Notes under the pieces: generated by a model
Seen by the model: only the letters and a program-made list of their open reading frames with translations
Databases searched by the model: none
Told to the model about the DNA's origin: nothing
Translations under genes and position numbers: made by a program
Part shown: piece after piece, positions 34,045 through 45,806 of the stretch
Numbering within the stretch: position 1 is the stretch's first letter
How the letters are laid out: the number at the start of each line of letters is the position of its first letter
Assembly (NCBI RefSeq): GCF_000981445.1
Contig: NC_027217.1
Span: 2,480,001-2,544,000 of the forward strand
From: Babesia bigemina
Lineage: Eukaryota
DNA length: 64,000 nt
Direction: 5' to 3'

Positions 34045-35867
34045 ATGTGGCAGTATTGGTGTCAAGCCGCCTTGGCGGTCTTGTGCCTGGTGTGGTTGCA
34101 TCAGTCGTTGGGATGCGGCGCGTTATCGCGCCGCTGCGCGCCGGTTGACGGCTTCGCCTTCCCTGGAGGCGTCTTTTGCTCAACGCCAAGAGGTTACCTG
34201 GCTCCACCGTCGCATTCATCCGTCCGTTGGAAGCATGGCTACGCTTTCACTAGGGCTAGTGGCATCAGTGGTCGGGATGCGGATTCGTTATATAGACGCA
34301 TAACCGCCAACTTGTCCCGCGCCGCTTCGGCCGACGACTCCAGCGTGGAGGCGATGGGCATACCGGACTCGCCACTGAAGCCCAAGCCGCTGCCAATAGA
34401 CCCGGGTGTACCGCTAGAAAACCAGCCGTTGCCGCCATGTGAGTTTAGATGATGCATTGCCGTAACTGCGGCGCAGGGGCGCTGGAGTTCGTGACGGGCA
34501 ACGAGGTGCCCAAGGGGCCGTACACCCCAAGGCACTACACCGAAGCGGAGATCGCCGCTCATTTCGAGAAGGTTAACGCGGACACGCGAAGCCGTGCAGT
34601 GACGCGGCACGTGCAGGAGTCGAAGGGCGCGCCGCTGAAGAGTTACGGCTTCAAGTTCAAGCAGATACAGCCGGTGCGACACCACAACGGCAGGGCGTTC
34701 ACGTTCTTCTACGCGCATTCCCTGCACACTGATGTCATCCCCGTGCTCATGAACAGCTTGAGGCGTGTGGCCAAGCGCCACCTGGGCGCCGGGCGCATCA
34801 CGGCGTTGCGCATCCCGGGGATGAAAAACGAGTTCTACTCGGTTGTGGGTCTACGCGAGGACTTCTTCGACCTGGCGCGTAACCTGAGCAATGTGATATT
34901 CCGCAACGTGCCCTTGACTGCCACGTTCGAGAAGCCGCTCATCGGACGGCTGCGTTTGAAGGGGCCCATCATCGCCGTTGCAGGGCACCTGGAATTCGAC
35001 GAGGACGCACAGACCGAGGGCCGAGGTACGAGCTCAGGCTCGGCAGAGGACCGCAAAATCGAGGTGGTGAACAAGAACCATTACATATGCGCGTTGTCGA
35101 AGGACGCATATCTCGACATGGAGGTAAAGATCGAGTACATCGCCAACTACGTCATACCGGAGCGCGGTCCCGAGTCGCTGAATCGTGACATCGGCCCTGA
35201 CGGGTTCATACATTTCTGCTCGAGCTGCCTGCCCGTGGAGGTGTTTGCGTTTGACGGCGACCGTCGCGGCATGGATGAAGACAGCACAAGCGAGATTGTG
35301 ACCCTCGAGCTGCACACCGACGGGTCCACAACACCGCGACTAGCGCTGCTTAACAGCGCCACCTTCCTGGAGCGCTGGTTCGAGCGCACGCTGGAGGCGT
35401 TCCACAACGACTGCAAACGCGACCTGGATGCGCTGGAAGAGTCCAAGCAGTCCATGCATATCGACGAGCTCATGCACCACGAGCTCTGCCGCAACGTGCC
35501 CTGGAACCCGTACCGGCTGCCGGAGGACAGGAGGTCGGCCAAGGCACGCTGGTTCTACCGAAAGGATGTGCGCCGACAGTACCCCATCGACCCGGAGTCC
35601 AAGCTGGCCAAGGAGGAGCAGCGCAAGGAGTGGGAGGAGGTGCTGGAGAACCAGATGAAGTACAACGAGCGCATCGCCCCGAAGCTCGTTGACGACTCCG
35701 AGTCGAAGCCTGACCGATACCTGACGCATGAGGAAATCGAGGAGCTGGCGGAAATGAAGGCGCCGTCTTGGGTCTTCCAGGATCCGCTGGGATGTGGTTA
35801 CCTGGGGCAGGGGGCCGTGCTGGAGTTCGACAAAAACGGGAACCCCCTGGAGTTCCCCATAGAGTAA
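34045..35867 (+). CDS. rpoA: Nuclear-encoded bacterial-type RNA polymerase alpha subunit, apicoplast
   Basis: Signal peptide plus transit region, intron 34439-34476, then LMNSLRR, ITALRIPG..NEF.SV.GLRED..NL, LKGP, IEVVN..HYIC and LELHTDGSTTP. Confidence 0.9.
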
Positions 35868-36075
35868 ATGAATTCATCGCCATAAATGTAGTGCTATTTG
35901 TCAAGCGATTGCATATTATCCAGGGGCATTGGCCCCGTCATGCCGTGGCATCAGCGGCCGAAATCGGGGACCTTAAGACTGTGGTCTCGGTTCATACGCG
36001 ATTCCTAGCACTATTTATGATTTGTTTGCGGTTTCGTAAGTGCAGTTGGTGGCTGTCACGGTTTCGGCAATACGC

Positions 36076-36194
36076 TGATCAGCTGGCCTTGATAATCAGC
36101 TGGCCTTGAAGATTAGCTGGCCTTGATAATCAGCTGGCCTTGATGATTAGCTGGCCTTGATAATCAGCTGGCCTCGATGATTAGCTGGCCTTGA
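36076..36194. repeat. 17-bp tandem repeat x7 with a 34-bp higher-order period
   Basis: tgataatcagctggcct alternates with tga(t/a)gattagctggcct; overlaps the stop codon of the MRG gene. Confidence 0.95.
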
Positions 36195-38373
36195 GGTGGC
36201 TGATTTTGAACAGGCCGCCTTCCAGGTGTGACGGCATGTATTTTTGGCTGTGCGTGTAGTCCGTCGCGACGAAGGCCAGGTAGTGCAGCAGCAGCTGGGT
36301 TATCGGCATGTACACCTGCAGCGGCTCGCCGTCCGCAGTCACGCGTTTAAGCAACTCGTTGTACAGCACGGGGTAGCAGAACATGCGCACGAGGTGCTCC
36401 AGGCCCAGGATGCGCGACAGCGACCGGTCCTCCGAGTGCGTTGTCATGTAGAGAAACTCGTGCTCCTTCTCGGTGTAGCAGTGGGTGTGGAGGTACAGCT
36501 TGTCCATGTAGTCCAGGTAGATGTCCAGCCAGTAGATGTTGTTCACGTAGATTTCGTGGAACTGCTGCGCGTTGAGCTCGCTGCCGATGCTCGTCTCCAG
36601 CTGCTCCATGAACCGCAGCGACGGCACGTCGACCTCGTCCACGACGTCGTTCTCAACGGAGGAGCGTATCGCGTTGGCCAGGTCGGCCTTGGTCTTAGAG
36701 TTCGTCTTCCTCCCGCCGTGCTTGCTCACGAGCGTGTTCATCAGGATCAGGATGTACTTGAAGTTTTGCACGATGGCATAGGCTGATAGCCGCTCGGTCA
36801 GGGGCGCAACGGAGAACGCGTCTGCGATTTCGATGGAGTAGAAGTTCAGGTTTTTCTTCTGGGCCTGGAGTATCCGCGCGTGCTCGCTCTTCACCAACCG
36901 TTGGAGCGACACCGGTAGGCACCACGGCAGGTGCTCCGGGGCTGAGGGGTATGTCGGGGGGGGTGCCGCGACCTACCTTTGAACTTGGAATTCATCTTGT
37001 TGTTGTTGTACACGTTGTAAACGACCTCGTACACGTACTCGTTAATATCCTGCACATCGCGCTCCTCCCACGTCTCGTCAGGCTCCTCCGTGCTCTCCCA
37101 GCGCTCCACAGCCAGCACCTTCGCGTGCTTGCCCGGGGCGGGCTTGACGGTGTTGAACTTGATCAGGTCCTTCTCCTTCACCCAGAACCTGAACGTTTTG
37201 GCGCACTTCTTCTTGTAACCCGGGAACGACACGAAGTACATGGGGATGAAGTATCTCTTGAGCGTCCTCGTGGGCCGGGACATTTCTTCCTCGAGCCGGT
37301 CCGCGTCCTCGCCGTACTCCAACACGTCTGCCGGCGCGTCTTTGTCAATGCGCAGCGGCAGCGCCTGCATCTCGTTCACCTCAGCGTAGAGTCTCGTCGA
37401 CGACGGGTCGTTGAACAGCGGCAGGTTGTTGTCCACCTCTTCCTCAAATCTGTACGCCGGTGCATGTGCAGCTTGCTTCGCGCCGGCATCCGTGCCAGCA
37501 CGGCTTGAAGAGGTGACCTCATTTTCGACCGACGATTCGGGCTCTGCATGGAAAATGTGTTGCACAGCGGAGTGGTGACGAACCGTATTCGTAGTCGCCG
37601 TCGTCAGTGATATCGGTGTCGTCGCTGCTCCCGAATTTGTCGAACGCCATAGCGTCGTCGCCAGCTGATCTGCGGCTCTTGTTCGCCCTGCCTCTGCGCT
37701 TGGCGCCCGCATTGGCGGTGGGTTCGGCTGTTGGCTCAGGCGCGCTTGGATCGGGCACGCTCGGCTCAGCCTCGTCTGCGCGGAATGTGCACGAAGTCGG
37801 TTTGAACCCACCAATCACCGTAATGAGCTTCTGGGACACGAAGTGAATCACGACGACGTTCAGCTCGCCGTGCCATTTCGCATACGCGACCTCCCCGACC
37901 TGGAACCTGAAGTTAGTACCCAGCACCCTGGGCATGTGGCTATAGTACAGGTTGTGGGCGTCTTGCAGCAGATGCTCGGCGTTTCCCAACGTGCCAATGT
38001 TAGTCTGAAAGGACTCGGTGGTGGATTCGGTGAACCTCCGGGAGTCCATCGGGCGCCTGTACGTGTCGTCCACGTCGATGTCACTTTGGTCCGTCTGCGT
38101 CACGATCGAGTGCGGCCGCTCGTCAATGTACTCGAAGTCTTGCTCGCTATCGTCGATGTTGTCGTCCTCGTCGACATCGTCGGCGTCGTACTCCTCATCG
38201 TCGCTGTTATCTTCCTCCGAAAGGCCGTCGTAGTCGTCCTCGGTGTAATTGCGGGACACCGTGGACCTCTGGCTGCTGCGAGTCCTCCGCACGGCGTTCG
38301 AGCCGTCGCCAATGAGGCGCTCGACGATATCAGGCTCCATCTCGGCCGCTGGCGGCGCGTCGTCGTCGGCCAT
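36181..38373 (-). CDS. EAF3: MRG15/Eaf3-like chromatin protein (chromo-barrel + MRG domain)
   Basis: Exons 38373-37584, 37543-36977, 36941-36181. FQVGEVAYAKWHG...YFVSFPGY...FWV chromo barrel; LPVSLQRLVKSE and SRILGLEHLVRMF MRG motifs. Confidence 0.82.
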
Positions 38374-39343
38374 GGTCGAACGTGCAGACCTAGACGACAG
38401 TGTGCATGGAGACTAAGTTCCGCGCCTCCCACCAAAGAGTAGCGGCGACAGATGGTACACGGCGATACGCGTCCTGTAAACTCGCCGGCGGCACCTAGAA
38501 GACTCCGCGAGACTGGTTACTATCACGCTCCACGAAGCGTTGCTGCCATGCCAGGCCGTAACGCCGTCTACCTCATGGGAGCGCCGTTAGAACGGGTGCT
38601 ATGGTCTGGGTTATTAAAAGCCCACACGTGGCCCCGATGACGGGTCGAGCTCCTATGTGGTACCGCCTGCCCACTCGCCGGTAGTGGCTGAGTGTGTACA
38701 AATCTAGTCTACGAACATACGATCGGGGTGAAATACATGCTCGATATTTGTCAGTTGGTATCGCTATATATCGCGTTGCAAAGTACGCATATTCGGAAGA
38801 TGAGTTACATGAGCCAACGAGAATCGCCGTGCTAGGTCGTACTGCCAGCACGGCCGTCTGTCGGCGGATGTTCCGCTGGAAGACGCTCAGCTGCCCCTCA
38901 GGCATACAGAATAGATACATATCTTAGCTACGCCAAATGCAATATTTGCGAGGGCGTATGCAGCGCATAGACGGTTCCGCGAACTGCAAGCAGTACGGAC
39001 TTCGGCCGTACCACCGGCAGCTACAAGCAGCGCTGACGGCTGAACGCCAGGCGGCCGCAAACTATTTAACAGTGATGAATGCACGTGGTCGGCACCTGAT
39101 GGCGATGTTAAGTGCCGGTTGCTTCAACGACTCAGGGCGGTTATGTGGCGTTGCCACTCCCTCGTAGATCTCGCCGCCGGTCGCCCTGCCGACGTCCTGC
39201 AACCAACGTGATTTTTTACTGCAGCCTTTAGCACCCTTTGTGGCACCCCTGGTCGTCCGCGAGGTCTCCTGCCTCGCCGTTGCGTCACCGCGTGTCGCGC
39301 ATGATAGCCCTGCCTGTTGCCGAATCGGTTGCTAGTCGGCAAA

Positions 39344-41459
39344 ATGTCTGACAACGCGTACCGCAGAAATGTCAACCGCGGCGATTCATCGCCGCAGAGC
39401 GGCTACGACGAGGACTACTACCGCAGCCAAAGCGCCCGCGGCCAAAAGAGCAGCGCCCGGAGCCAGGGCTCACCGACCATCAGCTTCAAGACGATCAAGA
39501 ACACCTCGCTCAGCTGCGCAAAGTCGCTCACCAACAAGATGATCGCCATGACCAGCAGCGGCATACAGGCGGCCTCAACCGCGATCAACAACTACAAGGA
39601 GACCGCGGCGGCCAACGCGCGCAAGGCCGCACTGGCCAACCCCTACTCGTTCCTGCGCATCGCCGAGAGGATATCCACCACGAACGACCCCGTCGCGTCG
39701 CACCGTGAGCTCGTCGCGGTCATGGAGCACCTCCTCATCTGGCAGAATCCGCCCATCCAGCTCAACCTTGAGCGCGACCGTTTCGGCCAGCCGACCACGG
39801 AGAGCATGCGCAGCATCAGACTCATCAACGAGTTTCTGCTGGGGAAGGTGCTGACCTACGTGCAGGGGCGGCGCGATTGCTGCCTCTTCATCATCAAGTT
39901 CGCCACGTGGCGGATGCGCACCACCCACATAGCCGAGGAGATACTGCTGTCGCTCGAGCTGTTGCAGCGCTGCATGGAGTCGTACGGCTCCTTCTTCCTG
40001 TCGCTGATGACGCGGTCGTGCATGCGGCGCTTGCGCAAGCTGCTGCGGATGAACAAGATCACCACCTCACTCGCAGGTGGAGTCAAGAAGCAGATCACGA
40101 AGTTCCTCGTGGGCTCCTCCAACGTGCACCCGGGCGTGCCCACGGACGTGCGCATACACGTGATCAAGGCAAAGGTGCTCTACATGGTCCAGCTGTGGCA
40201 CGACGTCTTCATGCTTGACCAGGGGCTCTTCCCCGTGTTCTTCCAGGGGTACCGGGATATGCGCGAGCGCGGCATCAAGTTCCCGCAGATCGAGGTCTGC
40301 GAGCGGAACAAGATCAACCTCTGCCCCGTTATGCGGAGGTCGAAGTTCCACCTCACCGGCGGCGTCACGCTGCCGCTGAGCCCGCAGGAGCTGGACAGCA
40401 TCTTGGCCACGGTCAACAGCCTCAACACGCTCCCGCCAGGCTGCGAGCATGCAGCCGCGCTCAAACGGCTCAAGGACAGCAAGGAGAAGATCGTTGCCAG
40501 CATCAACATCCTCGCGGAGAACCGCGCGCAGATCACCGACCCGCACAACTACGAGGAGGTCATGCGCAAGATGTTGATGCTCAACGACTGCGTGGGGATG
40601 CACCTGCTCGTGGGCGGCACGGGCAAATCGTCGAGCACCCAGCTGCTGAGCGCACTCGAGCAGTTGAGGGGAGCCACGACGGAGGAGCCCACACCGCAGG
40701 CGGCACCGCCGACTCCCGCCGCCAAGGAAGAAACCAAGGCCAACCTGCTGGACCTCGAGTCATCGTCCGATTCGGAGAACGAGGCATTTGACAGCTTCTT
40801 CGATGACAAATCGGGTGGAGCCGCGAAGAAGAGCGACGACGATTATGATAAGTTCTTCGCCGACTTCGGTGTTTTCAGCCACTCGACGGCAACATCGAGC
40901 GCGAACCGAGGACAGCCGGCCGAGGGCGCGCCTGCCGATCGTCCGAAGGACTATTTCTCCGATTTGGGAGCTTTGAACTTCGGACAGGCGGCCGAGACCA
41001 AGCCCGCCTCTGGAGTCCCAGCTACGGCTGGCCCCTTCGCCGGGGCCAACACCGCAAGTGTATCTGCGCCCTCTGGCTCTTCCGCCGCTGTAACTCCCAG
41101 AGTGCCCGCCGAGGCTGGCGCTTTCTCGAACACAACGTTCCCCGACATCGACCTCTCGGCGCTGGACCTGGTTGCGAGGCCGGTTAGCCCCCAGCCGACC
41201 GCGGAGCTGGCCGAGTCGAGTGCGCCGGCAAGCCCGGCGATATCGGCGGCGCCGTCCTCCGCCCCAGGTTCGGAGCGGGATTCGGAAGATGAGGCCGAGG
41301 AACCCGAGGAGAAGAAGGAATCGCCCACTGAGGATGGTTAGTGCCTATGTTGCGTAAGAGTTATATCCAGTTGCAGGCAAGAAATCGTTGACTGAGCTTA
41401 TGAAGGAATTGGACGAAATCGACCAAGATTTCGGCCACATGTCGGTCTCAGGATTCTGA
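39344..41459 (+). CDS. VHS-domain (probably VHS-GAT, TOM1/GGA-like) trafficking adaptor
   Basis: LLSLELLQRCMESYG.FF and KVLYMVQLWHDVF..F..YRDMRERGIKFP are VHS hallmarks. GAT-like MLMLND helix, disordered tail with LLDLE. Intron 41337-41376. Confidence 0.8.
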
Positions 41460-41575
41460 GGCAGTACATACATTTGAATAGTCTAGTTTTGTTAGTTAGC
41501 CCTTTAGCCTGCTGCGCCTGGTGTCCCCAGCTCGCCACGTGGGCGGCCGTTCGCACTCACAGTTTCGTTGCGGTC

Positions 41576-42078
41576 ATGGCGGACGAAAGCGCGTTCGATG
41601 CCTGCACTGACGGCGACCGCGCCTTCGAGGCGCGCGGCACGCTGGAATCGCTCTGGCGCGCGATGACCAACGGCGAAGGCCCCGAGTCATTCGACCACAT
41701 CTCGTTCGCAGGAGGCGTTTGCTTCGGCACGGGATTCAGCATCGTCCTGGGCCGTACGCTGCGCGGATTCTGCCTGGTGGCTGCCGGCGGACTCTTCACG
41801 ACCTTGGTAGGTGCAGTGTGTGGAATCCCTCACTTGTCGCGGCGCAGATTCTGAACCACTACCGCCTGATATCGATCAACCGGGAGGCCATAGCGGCGAC
41901 GGTCACGAGCCTAGCGCTCTCCGCGCGCGAGAGGATCGACGAGGCGCTGCAGGGCTCCGGCGGACCGCTCAAGTTCCTGTCTGGGCCGCTATTCGGCCAA
42001 CACCTGCCCAGGGAGCGCGTTATATCAGCTCTGGCGGGCACGGGCGTGGGTTTCACGCTGGGACTTATTGTATTCTGA
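41576..42078 (+). CDS. FUN14: FUN14-domain mitochondrial outer membrane protein
   Basis: GGVCFGTGF..GR..AAGGLF, ILNHYRLISIN and terminal GVGFTLGL. Intron 41807-41847. Confidence 0.75.
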
Positions 42079-42101
42079 GCACATTAACTGCATTAAGTTC
42101 C

Positions 42102-43529
42102 TTAAGATGTCGCCTGCATGACGCGTTTGTCACTCTGGCGGAGCTGGCTCATCAGCTTGGGCCCGATGCGTGCGATGCCGTCCTGGTACTGCTCCACCTT
42201 TATGTTGTCCAGGTACGTGCCCACGTCGGGGCCCGGCTTGTTGTACATGTCGTGGATGTACGCCTCCTGCGGGTCGGCGGTCCTGTTGAGCAGGCTGTCC
42301 AGCAGCAGGTACGAGCACGAGCTGTTGGACACGCGCGACACGCTCGCCTGCGCATCCATGGCGGGGTTCATGGTGAAGTACACGAGGTCCTGCTGCCTCT
42401 TCAGCCTGCGCACCACCTTCCGAGCGGACCGCATCAGGATCCTGCCCAGCGCCTGGATGGTCTCCACGGAGTCGGTGATGGTGATGTACACGTTCTCGAG
42501 GCAGTAGACGAGCACCCACTTGTGCGCGAAGGAGTCCAGCGCGAGCAGGTACGACATGGCCTCGCGCTGCATCGGGTCGGTAGGGTCAGTGCCGGGGATG
42601 GCGAGCATGCGCAGCACCACGACCGGCGCTACCTCGCCGTACCTGGGGAACGCGGCGACCACGTAGAAGTGCAGGATCTTGAAGCTGATGATCAGGATGT
42701 ACATGGCCAGCACCTTGTAGATGGCGGTGTACAGCAGGCCGATCATCGGGATCATGTACTGCGCCCGCTGCCTGCCGTTGGCGCAGCAGATGCCGCTCGC
42801 GCACAGCAGCGCCAGGCTGAACAGCGCGAACAGCAGCTCGCCGAACACCTCGTACCACGCGTACCACGTGATCTCGCCGGACAGGTGCTTCGCCACCAGC
42901 GAGAGGCGCTCCAGGCCGTCCTCCGTCATGATGGCGCCGGCGCCAGGCGACGGGCCGGCGGTGTGCTCCTGCGATGCGCGGAAAATGTTCATGCTCGTCG
43001 TCGGGGAAACCGTGGGGTACGCCCTGGGGATCGGGTCCACTTGGACCTCGCCGGAGGCGGCACGCTTGCTGACCCACTTGTCCCAGTCCTTGAAGTGCGC
43101 CATCGTGTACAGCCCGATTATCGGATTTGATATCAGGATCGCCAGCATGTACCAGAGCACGGACTTGCTCCTCATAGGCGGCACGGTGCCCGCCTTCTCA
43201 GCGTAGTAGTGCATCATCCGCCCGTACAGCGCCGCCTTGTCCTGGCGGTCGGTGACGCCGATGCTGTAAATCTCCTCCATCGTGTCGACGCCCTCGTCGG
43301 TGTCGCTGCTGCTGCTCGACTCGTCCAGTTGCACGTAGTCGTAACGCGCGTCCTCCTCAGCAGGGGCGACGCGCTGACGCAGGTCCCCGGTGTGCTGTCT
43401 GCTGGGCGCGCCGGCCAGCAGCGGCTCCTGCTCGAACGCCACGTCATCTCCCGCAGGCTCTTCCACGGCTTTATCCGGCAGGTCCGTGGACTGCGATCTA
43501 GAGAACAGGCGGCTGACGAACGCTTTCAT
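42102..43529 (-). CDS. Hypothetical multi-pass (3-4 TM) membrane protein
   Basis: 475-aa ORF with strong GC3, an acidic N-terminus and hydrophobic segments (VLWYMLAILISNPIIGLY, LLFALFSLALLC, YMIPMIGLLY..FYVVAAF). Confidence 0.82.
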   Translation of the reverse strand: MKAFVSRLFSRSQSTDLPDKAVEEPAGDDVAFEQEPLLAGAPSRQHTGDLRQRVAPAEEDARYDYVQLDESSSSSDTDEGVDTMEEIYSIGVTDRQDKAALYGRMMHYYAEKAGTVPPMRSKSVLWYMLAILISNPIIGLYTMAHFKDWDKWVSKRAASGEVQVDPIPRAYPTVSPTTSMNIFRASQEHTAGPSPGAGAIMTEDGLERLSLVAKHLSGEITWYAWYEVFGELLFALFSLALLCASGICCANGRQRAQYMIPMIGLLYTAIYKVLAMYILIISFKILHFYVVAAFPRYGEVAPVVVLRMLAIPGTDPTDPMQREAMSYLLALDSFAHKWVLVYCLENVYITITDSVETIQALGRILMRSARKVVRRLKRQQDLVYFTMNPAMDAQASVSRVSNSSCSYLLLDSLLNRTADPQEAYIHDMYNKPGPDVGTYLDNIKVEQYQDGIARIGPKLMSQLRQSDKRVMQATS

Positions 43530-44132
43530 CATACCAACACCTCCCGCCGAGCTACTCAGACAGCATAGGCGATTAGCCTTCTCCCACCCAAGTGTGTGCG
43601 AACGACGTACGCGCAGTTCAGGTGGTGTGTGTTTAGCGCGCAGGCTGGGATGCGATGCAAGTGGTCTGACCTGGTCGACTTTTCTGCAGTGTGTAGCACC
43701 AAGGCACGCTCGGTGTACTGCGGAAAATTGCTACAGCCGAGGTATTGTCAATATTAGGACACTGTGAGCGCGTATTAACAAAACTAATCGAGTTTTGTCC
43801 TGCCTCGGCGTAGTGTGTAACGCCGTATAGACACTACGGCAGGGGCGTCTACTCGCCTGCATTCGGCCGTCCGTCTGGAGGGCCACGCCGGTTCAGTCCA
43901 CAGGAGTTAGTTTGATACTGCGAGCACGGTTTTTCGCTGGTATGTGTGAGGGGTAAACGCCCGCTTCGTCGGTTCTGCCGTTCGGGCCCCTCCGGGTTAA
44001 GACACCTTCTTCCAAGGGGCGGCTGCGCGATCTGCTGGATCATTTCACGTGGCTCTATCGCAAGCTGGTCTTTGTCAGCCGGGCAGTCGGTTACTGTCGT
44101 CGCATGTGTAGAATGAACACTCCGTGATCGCC

Positions 44133-44960
44133 ATGCACAAGTTACTGGAGAACGCCATACCGCTAGGGCCTGAGAAGGCCGGGACAAAGAGCTCCACGCC
44201 TCTGGAGACGACCGCCGCGAGGCGACAGAGTATGGACCCTTTGGATCTCACCAAACCGGGCGCCGCATTCGCCAGCGTGGAGAATGTCCGCTGCCCTCAC
44301 CACTTCGCGCTGCCCATTCAGTACTTCTGCCTGGACTGCAAGGACGGCGAAGGCTGCTTCTGCAGCGAGTGCGCCTTGACCAGGCATGCTACCTGCGACG
44401 TGAGGACGCTTGAAGAGGCGTACACCACGGTGCTCAACAACGTTATTCGCAAGTGGGCGAGCCAGTTCACCACGAGGGCCGACGGCCTGGAGTTGACGTT
44501 TGCCCAGCAGCTCGAGGACAAGCGTGAGGAGTGGACCATGAAGCTGCAGGAGGCGCAGGGCGTGCTCAACAGGATGTGCGAGGACGTCACCACCACCGTG
44601 CGCGAGCTGGAGACCTCACTGGTACGCTGGCTGAACCAGAGCCACCGTTCGTTCGCGCAGGAGCACGAGAAGATCCGTGAGCACGTAGAAAACACCTTGG
44701 AAAGCTACGCCAAAAACGCAGACATGCTAAGGCAGCAGCGAAGGCTGCCGGCAGCGCGCATGCTGCTCTTCTACCACGAGAACCACGTGATGCTGCGAGA
44801 GTTGTTGCTGGGCACCACGCCGCGCGACTCGGAGCGCATGATATCCCAGGCCACGCGCCACCTGGGAGTGCGTCTGGACAACATAAACGCGACCGCGGTG
44901 GAGTACTCCAAGTTGATCAGGCAGCTGGAGCGCAGCATCCGCCACGCAGAGGGATGTTAG
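44133..44960 (+). CDS. B-box zinc finger plus coiled-coil protein
   Basis: CPHH..IQYFCLDC....FCSECALTRH..CDVRTLEEAY followed by long heptad helices. Confidence 0.87.
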   Translation: MHKLLENAIPLGPEKAGTKSSTPLETTAARRQSMDPLDLTKPGAAFASVENVRCPHHFALPIQYFCLDCKDGEGCFCSECALTRHATCDVRTLEEAYTTVLNNVIRKWASQFTTRADGLELTFAQQLEDKREEWTMKLQEAQGVLNRMCEDVTTTVRELETSLVRWLNQSHRSFAQEHEKIREHVENTLESYAKNADMLRQQRRLPAARMLLFYHENHVMLRELLLGTTPRDSERMISQATRHLGVRLDNINATAVEYSKLIRQLERSIRHAEGC

Positions 44961-45277
44961 CGCACCGCTTCGGCAGAGGTGTTGGACTGCGGGCTGCAGG
45001 CCTCGCAACAATTTTGCTAATATATCGTATTCGCTCATGCATGTCATACTTTTGGTGCGTTTAGGCAGTTTTAAAACGTTTGTGTGGAATGTTTACCGAT
45101 GGCGATGCGGCGTCTTACTGCAGTGCGCCGTCCAGAGGCGTTGGAGTTTCCAACCTATTTAGTGGCAGCGGTGTATTGTGAAGAGATCGCAGAGAGGGAT
45201 TCTGCGGAGGTGCAACGCAGTTAGGTAGGCGTACTGGAGGCGCGTGTTATACGTAGTGAACATTCACCCTGCCGGCA

Positions 45278-45806
45278 TTATGATTGCTCACCCGGGCTGC
45301 ACTGGTTTCGTCGACACGTTGCTGCCCGCTGACGCCCAACACCTTACTCCGCGACCTCGGTGTTGTATCTGTAGCGACTGCAGACCATGAAGGTCGTGAT
45401 CAAACCGATGACGAACAGCACTACGGTAACGACCACCACGGACTTCGTGGCGAACTCGCGCTTAATAGTGAGCTGAAACGCCAGACTGTCGTTTTTGTAC
45501 AGGTTAGGCCGCCTCTTTCTGTCGGCGTCTTCGACGTTGATGACCTCAGAGTCGTATTCGTCCTCATCCTCATTACGGTATGCGACCTTGTCCGCCAGTT
45601 GCCCCTTCGGCAAGTCACAGCAGTCGTGTGGAAGGTCAGTCCAGTCGTACTCATCTGGTCCTATTGATTCTCTGATCAGCGCACTCACCGGTTAAATGCT
45701 TCGCTGCCTTGAAGTTCCCTTCGGGGTGGACATGGATTGCACACGGAGCAGCATGCCCGTGCACGAATGCCAGCAGCGCAAAGAAAATTCCAATATCCCA
45801 CACCAT
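45278..45806 (-). CDS. Small type I membrane protein (~150 aa), unknown function
   Basis: Exon 45806-45689 encodes a signal peptide MVWDIGIFFALLAFVHG. A 28-nt intron (45688-45661) splices in frame to an acidic ectodomain and TM VVVVTVVLFVIGLITTFMV. Stop is at 45344 or, via a further intron, 45278. Confidence 0.72.

Noticed and set aside
34045..35867. Bacterial-type rpoA (and engB, iscU) as recent horizontal transfer or contamination
   Set aside because: They carry spliceosomal introns, targeting leaders and host-like codon usage, consistent with endosymbiotic origin
36076..36194. Repeat array considered as CRISPR
   Set aside because: Contiguous 17-bp units with no unique spacers, no cas genes, and a eukaryotic context
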